A stretch of 45,949 nt of DNA, filler included, from Jimgerdemannia flammicorona (taxonomy: Eukaryota), in assembly GCA_003990765.1 (NCBI GenBank). It is 2 parts of 2 records of this genome, joined end to end, with 100 filler letters (N's around TTAATTAATTAA, not from the genome) between each part and the next. Parts side by side here need not be neighbours in the genome. Positions count along the whole stretch, not along the records: positions 23,029 to 45,949 come from RBNJ01001185.1; 1 more part is not named here. The stretch is one strand, 5' to 3'. Of this stretch, positions 35,949 to 45,949 are shown piece by piece (the first letter of the stretch is position 1; the number at the start of each line of letters is the position of its first letter). The translations under genes were made by a program, and so were the position numbers. The notes under the pieces are model-generated. The model did no database searches and had not been told where the DNA came from. It saw nothing but the letters and a program-made list of their open reading frames with translations.

Positions 35949-37989
35949 AGGACAATTTTGGATGTGTTTATGGCCGGCGTTACCAAATCCAATCGTGTCT
36001 AAAGTAGCTGACTCTCATTTCCGGAAATTTCTAAAGTCCCAATCAACAAGCTACCAGAAACGTGCATAATTTAATCTCACTCGACGTCCATATCCGACTA
36101 CCTTCCTCCTAAAACCTCTTTCGACGAATGACGCCTCACATCCTCAACGAAACCGTATCGCGCAACACAAAATTCCTAAAGCTGTCGGACTTACGACCGG
36201 CCTACTTGAATCCGACCAGCCTACTTGACCAGGTCCTGCCATACGCTGTGGTAGTGCAATACTGTCTTGAACCAGAACAATATGGTCGTCATTGTATCTG
36301 AGCCAGGGAGATGATCGTGCCGCCGATCGGCTGAAACAGCTTTTAGTTACGGATGAAGTCAATTAGCCGTACTGTGATTGTGAACCTTTCTCATTGTCAT
36401 TTTCCATTCCATCCTATATAGCGGATCTTAGGGAAAGCATTTGATATCGTACCTGCCACCTGAATGCAACAGCATCCTCAGTCCTAGTCTCCTTGTCGGT
36501 TTTTCACCAACCAATCTCACCTATCGTGAACAGTAAATTGCGCTCACCATATCTCTCCGTTACGTGAACGAGATCTTCAATTCCAACGAAAAACGTGAAG
36601 GAGTGACATGACTTATAGTGATTATAAAATGCCACTTTATTCCAATGTTGAAGAGATTTGACAGCGCATGATGAATAAAAATGGCAATGCCACCTTCATT
36701 GGGTGGGGCACCCTCCGTTCAATGGGGTTTCAGTCGAACAATACATGTATATACTGATCATAATCCATCACGTTCAACATAACTCCATACATTGACGGAT
36801 CGAAATCCGCTGACAACTCAGCTGGTGTCGACAAATTGTTTTACCAATTCCCCCCGACTTGGCAAGAGGAATCCATTTATCGTTGCTTCGTCGTTTTCAG
36901 CCGATGTACTTGGGCCGGACTGACCGACACTGTTGGCTTTGTGTGGGCGCACATGTCAGATAATTGTACGATAATTGGACTTTTAGCCCACAGCGTGCAA
37001 ATCACCGGTTGAAGTCATGACTAGGCATACTACTGGCTTGCTTGAACGATTGCGTCTTATCTGTTTCAATTTGGAATTAGTTGCTTCTTTTTGCGCCCAG
37101 CTTGCCTCCGATTCGTTCAAAAGGTTCAAATCCGACATTGGTAAACTGCTGGTTCGGCATGAATGTCTTGAACGCAATCTTTTTGTAGAGAAGCGTTGCT
37201 ATGCAACTCGGTTTTCCCAGTTGGCAGTCCATCGCCCTTGCCCTCCCATTTTTATCGCGCCTTCAGCAAGCTGTCGAACAACTCATAAATGCTCTACAAC
37301 TTTTTTCTCTCCCTGCTCTCGTATGTGCCAAGATACATGCATTAGGTGGAAATTTGACCTCAATTGTAAGCGAAGGGATCCCATTAGCCGCCAATGAAAC
37401 CCTAATCAACCGCCGGTGGGATCAAATCTGAAGTAAAAGCCATACTCCTCGCTGTTTTTCGTTCTCAGGCAACATGCGTCTTATCACTTTACAGTCATGT
37501 TCCCGATTATAGCTTGAATTATTGTGAATATAATAAATCATTAGGTACATTATCGCAATGGCTTTCCGGAGATAAATGTTTGCACATTCATTAGCATATT
37601 ACACACCTCAGGAATTGTCATACAAAATTCCGAGTACCCCAAAGGACCGGCATATTCAACACACATTATCCCCCACGCTCGAACACGACAGCCCAACCAA
37701 ACCTTTCGTGATCACCGACAATTAGACGATCCCAATGGGGAGCTGAGACTTCTCGGGCGCTAAGCACCTCGGGTTGTTCGCCTCAGAGTTCCCGCCGAGA
37801 GTGCCAAGCATCTTCACTTATTGGCTGACTTCTCTGTGCCATCTGTCCCGAACGAGTTGAAGTTCAATACGGACACCCTGCGGAGTCGAGGCATATACCG
37901 AGATGAAGAGGGGGGGGGGGAGGGGGGATCATGAGTATAATGAAAATAGCAAGGAAGAATCCATTGCGATACCTGTGGCGACAATCGAT

Positions 37990-38526
37990 GAATAGTAAAA
38001 TGGTAGCATTTGCACGAAAATCGCCCAAAAGCGTTCTCTCGAATCTCTTCCGACCACTCCGAGAACTCACCCAGGCTGCGAGTCCAACGCCGTCGCCATT
38101 GTTCTATCTGTGCCAGCGTCAGAGGGCCCAAACATATACCTATGACAACGGCAAATAACGTCTTCGTGAACGCGAATAACCCGTCTGGGCAACTATAACG
38201 AGCTTGTATAACAGGACGAACGTGCTGGCGGCGGAGATGGTAGTTACGGTCGCAAGGTAATAGATGATAAAGCGACTCCGCGGCTCATTGAATCCACCAT
38301 CGATTTGGAACATCATGACCATCAGGAGGCTCACCCATAGCCCTATGAGAAACGTCCACAGAAACTCGAAACGTATTTCGCTGAACTGGGAACAGACGCG
38401 TAACGAACAGACGCGTAACAAGTTTGCGAACATGATGCTCACGGTCGCGGCGCAACCCGCACGGATCCCGGTGTAGTCGAGGCTGAGGATGCTGTAAGCA
38501 TCATGACGACGACGATAACGATGTTG
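37990..38526 (-). pseudogene. Probable multi-pass membrane protein gene fragment (frameshifted)
   Basis: Several hydrophobic segments in ORF 38140-38610, an acceptor-like TTTTCAG near 38527, a 15-nt in-frame duplication (LRVCSLRVCS), and a protein-like continuation in ORF 37814-38131 in another frame. Confidence 0.4.
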
Positions 38527-40082
38527 CTGAAAACGAGGTAGATTTTGGTGCATTAAATGGTGTTTGATATAGCGCTCATGGTGGTTTGTGGGAATAGGAA
38601 GTGTCAACATATTCGCAGGTCAGGTGTTCCATCTATTTATAAATTACCCTTTGTTTGAGCACGTAGCCTAAAAATTTCGGGTCGTGAATTTGCATTTGTC
38701 GAATTATTTGATTGTTTGATATATATTCATAATTGCAAGAAAATGAGCTTGACAATCCTGACGATCCTTTAGGCAAGGCACATTGAATAGACCCGATCAC
38801 TTTTCTAAATGATTCGCCCCGTTGAAATTTCATAGTGACAGCATGAGATAAATGACTAAGTGAACCACCTTCAAACTAACTAAGCACGTCAACGAATTTG
38901 CAGAACCAACGGACACGCAGCGTAAGGTCAATCTGTTAACAAGAGGCTGTTCAGAACACGTTTAAAATTTGCGGACATGGATGACTACCCACAACGCGAC
39001 TACTTAGCGGTCTCGATGGTAAGCAATGACATATATTCTTTTAATTGTACAACTTTACAAATGACTAAGTTATTGTACTTATTCTCATTAATGGATACTG
39101 TGCCCCTACTTCCTGCCTCTTCCTGTGACCCGACAGTCGATTTATATATACCTCACAGCGACCCGTGCACAACAGTCTTGTAATGTATGCATAATTACAA
39201 GAATCAATGATCAGGGCAAGGTTAGTTATGATAATGTCGCAGCGGTGAAGACACTGTAACTTTATTATTACTTCAAGAGTTTCGTCGAATCAGGGAGTAC
39301 CGATAAAAATACATGCGTTCGTAAATCTGTCGGTACTAGTCAGATACTCCGATGATCGGATCGTTTACTATCCATATAAACATCAATATCGATAGCGACA
39401 CTATTCGTGCGCGTCTGGAATACAAATGTATGTTGCTTGAATGGAAAAAATCCACACGAACAGTGTGCTTACAGGTTATAGCGACGAATTCCATGGTGTG
39501 AAATGCATATCCCCACGGACGAGTGATCGGCTACGCTGCGTCAATGCGGGACTTAAATAAACATTTCAGCCTGTCGATTACCGCTACCTCACTCTGAACC
39601 ATATTGCGAAAACCTAGACAAGTCGGTCATGTTTCGATTTCTTCAAATTTACAAGACAGGATTCAAGAAGACCATATTTTTATGAGATGAGTGAAGGATT
39701 AGGTGACATTGGGTGGGTGGGTACATGCTTCTATGAATGCAGGTGGTATGTGAGTGTTTTTGAGTCACAGAACTATTTATCCAGTCGCGGGACGTCATTT
39801 ACAGACGGGTGCCCTGAATGGGTTGGCACTGTAAATAGGGCCGCAATATATGACGAGGCTAGTCTGTACATATATTCTTAGTGTATTATACAATATCAGA
39901 AGACAAACGAAATAAATAATTCCAATCATGTATTCAATAAATCGCTGTAGCCACAAAATCGATGGCAAGGTGTCTTTAGATGTAGAGAATGGTACGACGG
40001 TGGGTTATAATGCAGAAAAAAACAAAGATGACGGGAACCTGGCGAGTAAATTTTCAACGATGACAATATTGAAAATGGTACG

Positions 40083-40361
40083 ATTGCTGCTGTTCTTCAA
40101 GATAACCTTGATTTCACCTGTGTATCTGGGGTCTATTGTTCCTTCTTCTGTGGTGACTCCTTATATTGCAAGTCCAGATCTTGAGGTCAGTTGAATGTAA
40201 GTTCTTTTGGGTGGCTGCATGATGAGTCCTGTACCAAGAAGTACTGTGCTTCTAAGACTAATAGTTTCATCTTAGAGACTGTAAAGATCATAGCCTATAT
40301 CTTCCTTGTGGGCTTTTGTTGAGGATCTGGCTTCAGGGTATAGTAAGACATACTGTGCAAT
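40083..40361 (-). pseudogene. dut: dUTPase domain of Gypsy-2, truncated
   Basis: AHKEDIGYDLYS...LGTGLIMQPPKRTYIQLTSRSGLA...EEGTIDPRYTGEIKVILKN. Confidence 0.9.
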
Positions 40362-43300
40362 ATCTTTACTGAGTACAGATTGTTCTTGAGCTGAGGCTTC
40401 TGTGGTTGTAAGTCTCTATGCTCTGATGTTGAGATATAGCCATCTAGCTCCAGTAGAGGGGTCTTGGAGGTAGTTAATTTCTCTTCTTTCAGTGAGGTCT
40501 AGGGCTTCCATGAAGTTGACAGCATCTTCTATCTATCCTTAACAAGTTGTATATCTAATAAGAGCTAGGATATTATCTTCTAGATCATAGATCTTGAGAA
40601 TCTTTTTTGTGGGTTTCTTGGTCTAGTTTTTTTAAATTCTGATTCTATCATCTCCTCTCTTAAGTATGTATATTATAATATCTTAACTGAGATATATCTT
40701 CTTATGCTGACAGATTTGACAGCTTGAGTGTTTTCTATTCTATTACTTAGAAGTACTGTTTTTAGTTACCAACTTCTTACTGTCTTAGGAATCCATAACT
40801 ATTCCTATTATAGATAGAAAAAAGAGTGACTAAGAACTACACTTCTGTATAGGTGAAATATCTCTTCCATAAGATCATTTTGCTAATATTGTGGTTGTTT
40901 CTTAAAATATAGTTATCTATATAATAATTACTAGAGATACTGGTTCAGGATATCTTTATCTTTCTTATTGATCCAATAGATAATACTAATAGCAGCAGTC
41001 TCAGAGAGAATGGAAGACTATTTAATATTAATATCTTTCTAGCTAAAAGATTCTTTTCTGGTTCATTTCTTATCTTAGGACAATAGCAACTATACTTGAT
41101 CTTTCTTCAGTATTCTAAGAATCATTATCTTCTAGTAATGTCTAGTAAGAGTCATTTTGAAAGATCAGCTCAGAGAGTTCTTCTAGTTTGGAGACTTTTT
41201 TATCAGATATTTCTTATCTCTAGATTGCTTATATGTACTTCTGCAGCTTTAGTTATAGATATCTTCTATAAGTAGTTATATTTCTTCTTTCTTCTTTTAT
41301 ATTTAAGATGTACTATATCAGAAGAATTTCTTATCTTAATAATCTTGAAGAAGTATTTAGAGTATTTATATCTTTTGAGATAAATAAAATATTCTTTGGC
41401 TTTTCTTACAATAGTACTAATTGTAATAGAGATAGTATCTTATATCTATATATTGTCTTCTGGCCTATCATCAACTAGATTAATTTATAGATAAAGTTTA
41501 GAGTTATTTTTATCTTCAGATTCCTTCTCTTTCTCTATAGTAGATTTTTCACTACTAGTATATTCTTTCTAGATAGTAATCTTCTTCTTCTTCTTAAATT
41601 ACTCAAAGCTAATTATCTTGATTTAGTACTTCTTTCTCTATAGTCAAATTTGAGCATCTATTGGCCAATATCAATAACTGCATTCATTTTCTTCATTTAG
41701 TTAGTACCAAGAATTATATCATAAATAATAGCTTTATTATAACTGTTTTTAAAATAAAGAACTAGATATATCTGAGAGTAATAGTAATGTTTTATATTTC
41801 TTCTAGAATTTGAGTCTAAGCTCATCTGTTACTATGATACTGAGATTTAATGAACTACTAAAGAGTATCTAGAAATCTTTTGGTAATGATATAGATAGCT
41901 ACTCTTATATCAATGAGGATTTTTATCTTCTGTCCTTCAATATCTCTATCAGATATATACTGATATGTCTTTTGATAGCCTGGATAATAGTTGGTACAAG
42001 TTCTTATTATAGAATTGGAATTGACCTATACTGGATCTAGTGGTTCTTAATAATTTATTTTAAACTCCAGCAAATACTAACTGTAAAAATTATTAAAGAG
42101 AGACTTTATCTTGATTTCTTAAATCTTTTTCCAGACTTCATTATAGATGTTTCAAGATATGATCTTTGGAGTATACTTTTTCTTAGGTTTCAAGATAGTT
42201 GACTTTTGTTCTTCCTTCTCTATCTCTTTATCTTCAGATAAAAAGTTTTCTTCATAAGTTATAGTTTAGATATAAGAGGTGAAGGAGACTAGAGAGGTGT
42301 TTCAACCTACTCTTCCTTATCTTCTCTCTCTCTTTCTTCTAAATAGTTCTTCTATCTACTCTTATAGATAGTCTTCTTATTGGTATATATATATATATAT
42401 ATTTTTAATAGAGTAGACTGTTTTCTTAAAGATGATCCTAGTTGGATATAGGTCTAGATTACTATATTATAGTAAAAGTATTGAACTTGAGCTCTGTCTC
42501 TGAGTGAGTATTTTCTCTCTTTTTATAGCTAATAGCTTCTCTTATTTCTAAGTGAGTAGTCTTGATTTCTTTATAGTATATAACTTCTGTTATCTTGTAG
42601 ATAGCTCCAATTTTTACATATATTGAGTTTTTTTTGATTTATTCAACCAATCAGTCTAGTTTAGAGCTGAGGTCTTATATTTTATTCTTATCTTTCTTTA
42701 TTCTTTTTGTGGAGTTCTTCTCTCTTGAGTTTCCTTGAAGAATTCTTTGGAGAGTTTTGACTAAGAGGTCTTCCTAGTCTTCCTTCTTATTATTATTCCA
42801 AGTAGTTTCTTGTTTGATATTAAAGTATTCTTGAGCTATATCTACTTACTATTAGATTTCTTAATACTAAGAGTGTAGACATACTGAGTAATGTTGAGAG
42901 AGATTTTATTCATGAAGATTATTGGGCCAATAATATCTTAGTTAGTAGTACTGAATCTGATAGTATATATTCTCTTCTGAATTCTTATAAAGAATACTTG
43001 TGGAAATTCTTTAAGGTTTATCTTTATGCTTATAATAGATTTTTGAGCTTTATAGTAAGTTTCTTTTCCTATATACTTCTGATGAGTTAGTGGATAATAA
43101 CTTTATATTATTCTACATAATAGTATGTATTGGCTATAGCTTGTCTTAGATCAGAGTTTGGGTTATTTGATATTTTATTAAAGATTTCTTTAGTTGGTTC
43201 TCTTAGTTGTACTTTGTAGACTACAATTTATCTTCTAGAAGTGAGGATCTTTCAGAGTTGTAATTCCTTCAAAGATATCTAGAAATTTTCTTAGATCTTC

Positions 43301-43817
43301 TTCTATATACCCTATAAATATGAGTAGTAGTACTATTATTTCATCAATACTATCTTTTAGTTTTTCTTTAGTTTCTAAATCTGTTTCACTTATTATAGAT
43401 ATACTAAGTCTAATTAATCTACTGAGAGTTGAAGGATATATACTTGATCTTTGGAGTACTGAAATACTTCTTGATATTTCTTAAAGATACTGGACTTGGA
43501 GAATCTGCTAATTTAGATAAAGGTGAGATAGACAGATCTTTTGACAATAAGTCTGCTAGTACTTCTGGAGTATTTATAAGATGAACTCTTAGTGATTAGA
43601 CTAATGCTGATTGAGGATTTTATACTATACTAATCTTTAGTTAGAATTCTTCTAATACTGAATAGTTGACAAGTCTTGAGATGATTACTTCTCTTTCTAT
43701 CCAAATACTACTGATGATTCATTCTCTTAGAATAGTAGAGATTACTGCTATATCAAATATATCTAGTTTGGCTATTGGGTTCTTATAAGCTGAAAAGTTA
43801 CATAGATTGAAAATCTT

Positions 43818-43835
43818 CTCAGTTGAGCCTCTAAA
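43818..43835 (-). promoter_or_regulatory. Primer-binding site of Gypsy-2 (tRNA-Gln-like)
   Basis: TTTAGAGGCTCAACTGAG directly after the LTR end. Reverting two transitions gives TGGAGGCTCAACCGAG, close to the complement of eukaryotic tRNA-Gln 3' ends (TGGAGGTYCCACCGAG). Confidence 0.6.
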
Positions 43836-44560
43836 TATAATATATATATATCTGGCTCAATAGAGATAAATTACAAGATTAAAGAGCTATATAGATTGAC
43901 TAAAGCATTAGTTACTTTGTTAAAAAGTAATAAAATATTCAATAGTTTCTTATTTATATAGTATAGATGATTTTGACAGTTTTCTAATTAGATATAGTTT
44001 TATATAATATGATAAATTTAGCAGATTTCTTAAAGGATATAGATTCTGTACAATATAGTAGATTGGTGAATAATACATAGTAATTCCTTAGGCTTTATCT
44101 GACAAACAGACCAAAATATAACAGATTTTGAAGTTGGCAGACTTTTTTGATAAATAAAGTTATACTTTATTTATATAAATAAGTTTACTACAAAGATATA
44201 TCTAACTAGAGAGAGGGGAGAGAGGAGGAGAAGAAGAGGTAGCCCTTTGTGAGATTGGATAAGAGGTGCATCATTCATCTATATAGATTGAGAAATAATA
44301 AAGTAAAAGTCCAAGTGACTATAAAAAAAAAAAAAAAAACCAAATGAACATAAAAAAAAAAAAAAAAAAAATCTGGCTAACTGACTTTAGTCAAAATAGG
44401 GTAGACTTCTCTTTAGGCTTAATCTGATAAGTAGACTGAAAATATGATAAATTTCTCAAGTTCTTCTAGCTTAAGTCTGATAAGTATACTAAAAATCAAT
44501 AGACTTTTTTATATCAGAAAGTAGACCAGAGTGAAAAAGGAAACTTATAATCTCCTAAGT
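43836..44560 (-). repeat. 5' LTR of Gypsy-2 (interrupted; may extend beyond the MITE)
   Basis: 43836-43940 matches 15650-15746, and 44505-44555 resembles 14835-14895. Confidence 0.72.
44209..44371 (+). mobile_element. Short 5'-truncated LINE tail (or SINE-like insert) with double poly-A
   Basis: AATAAA, then AGTCCAAGTGACTAT, then poly-A, identical in motif to the LINE-A end. A second poly-A lies at 44352-44372. Candidate TSD ATCTAACTA (44200-44208) / ATCTGGCTA (44372-44380). Confidence 0.8.
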
Positions 44561-44561
44561 A

Positions 44562-45040
44562 TAGTGCTCTAAATGAGCTAATCTAAATTAATTTAAAGTA
44601 ACTTATAGATGATACAATTTGAAGAGAATTTAATATATCAATATATATTATTATTTTTATTTTCAAATTAGATAATTAAATATTTATATCAATAACTTAA
44701 TATAATATTATCTAATTTTGATTATTTGAAAGTCCTTAAGAGATCTTTCTAATGATTAAAATTAGATGATATATCACTATATTATCAATATTTCCAAAAT
44801 CAGTAAGTTGGATAGTTTTCTTAATAACTCAATAATGTATTATCTGATTTCAATATTCTTGGTATCATTAGGTCTTATTAAGAGCTTTTGAATAATATTT
44901 CTTCAAGTTATTGATATAAATATTAATTGTCTAATTTAAAAATCAAAATAATAATATTGATATATCAAATTCTCTTCAAATTATACTATATATGTATAAG
45001 CTACTTTAAATTGATCTAGATTGACTCATTTGGAGTACTA
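44562..45040. mobile_element. Non-autonomous Tc1/mariner-like MITE (~480 bp, ~140-bp TIRs)
   Basis: 44562-44700 is an imperfect inverted repeat of 44903-45040. Termini TAGTGCTC.../...GAGTACTA fit decayed CAGT...ACTG and are flanked by TA on both sides. Confidence 0.82.
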
Positions 45041-45924
45041 TATATAGAGATATATATGTAATTATATCAGATATTTTATATATTATTTAGCTATACTATA
45101 ATATTTACTTATCATAATATATATATATTTATATATATTTTGCTCATATATTCTTTTATTTATATATATTAGTAAATTATATAATAAGTTTAAATTTGAA
45201 TAATTTAGTTTACAAAATTCAAATTAAATTTAAATTTTGAGATTTGAATTCAGAGATTTGAATTACTAGATTCAAATTAGAAACTATTATAATTTAAATT
45301 AATTTGAACTGACTCATTCAGAGTACTAAATATAAGCTATAGAGCTAATTAATAAACTGATAATTGAGTACTACTATATCTTCTGACTTATAATATAAAT
45401 TATAGTTTTGTAAATCTATTTACTATATTAGCTATATATTATAAAATAATATACTAATAAAATTAATATATTATAAATAATCAATTAACTATTAGCCTTA
45501 AGTTTTAAGTTCTTTAAGAAAGTACTAAGTTTTAATTGTCTTTTATAATAGGGTCTAGATATTACTTTTGGGTTCTTATACTGATAGAAGTACCATACTT
45601 ATATTCTAAATTGATTAGGCTTAGAATTATTAATAAGTTATATCTAAAGGTTCTATAATAAGAATACTGTTTTATTCTTATATATATTCAGAGAAAGCAG
45701 AGCTGAGATTATAATATACTAGTATAGAGATTATTTATATATTTGAGACTATAACTAAATATAGTATACTGAATATATCTATATATATTTATATATACTA
45801 TATACTTTAGATAACTATAACTGCTAATTAGAAATTCTATAGAAATTTTCATAGAAATTTCTATCAGAATTTCTGTCAGAATTTCCAATAGCTTGTAGAT
45901 ATATATAATAATTTCTTAGCCTAC

Positions 45925-45949
45925 TTTTTTTTTTTTTTTTTTTTTTTTT
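45925..45949 (-). repeat. Terminal poly-T run, possibly the poly-A tail of another minus-strand retroelement
   Basis: 25 T at the window end. Confidence 0.6.

Larger units (their letters stand above)
40083..44560 (-). mobile_element. Gypsy-2: 3'-truncated copy of the same dUTPase-Gypsy family (5'LTR-PBS-gag-PR-unknown-partial dUTPase)
   Basis: Colinear homology to 7600-10920 (e.g. AACTTCATGGAAGCCCTAGAC in both copies, and PR KILIDI). It ends inside the dUTPase, where CpG-containing unique DNA begins. Confidence 0.9.

Noticed and set aside
36128..37431. Possible decayed gene(s) on either strand
   Set aside because: Only scattered protein-like fragments; strand and frame could not be fixed.
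39300..39881. Exon-like pieces with GT-AG borders (..MSEGLGDIGWVGTCFYECRW..)
   Set aside because: In-frame stops and no recognisable domain; possibly a pseudogene but not supportable.
39928..40194. 88-aa plus-strand ORF crossing the Gypsy-2 border
   Set aside because: Its second half is antisense to the dUTPase remnant; a chance ORF across the junction.

Overview
Eukaryotic, most likely fungal DNA (spliceosomal GT-AG introns, poly-A-tailed LINEs, LTR elements; an early-diverging/Mucoromycota-like host is my inference only). An artificial 100-bp spacer (N44-TTAATTAATTAA-N44, 22929-23028) joins two pieces that may not be adjacent in the genome. 1-22928 is a nested, dead retroelement pile: two full-length but diverged L1/Tx1-like LINEs, a Ty3/Gypsy element with an unexplained ~1.2-kb region plus a dUTPase between protease and RT, a Copia fragment, and a possible further LINE end. 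23029-40082 has normal CpG content and holds small orphan genes, pseudogene fragments, a tRNA-Tyr pseudogene and short repeat arrays. 40083-45949 is a second, truncated copy of the same dUTPase-Gypsy family, with a LINE 3' tail and a Tc1/mariner-type MITE nested in or beside its LTR. The strongest signals are: (i) repeat-restricted C>T/G>A hypermutation with near-total CpG loss plus non-CpG hits (RIP-like), with a sharp border at ~40083; (ii) a Gypsy pol with an unrecognised CxxC-containing domain next to dUTPase, conserved in both copies; (iii) a conserved 3' hairpin motif shared by three diverged LINE ends. Boundaries of decayed elements are approximate and were read by eye.
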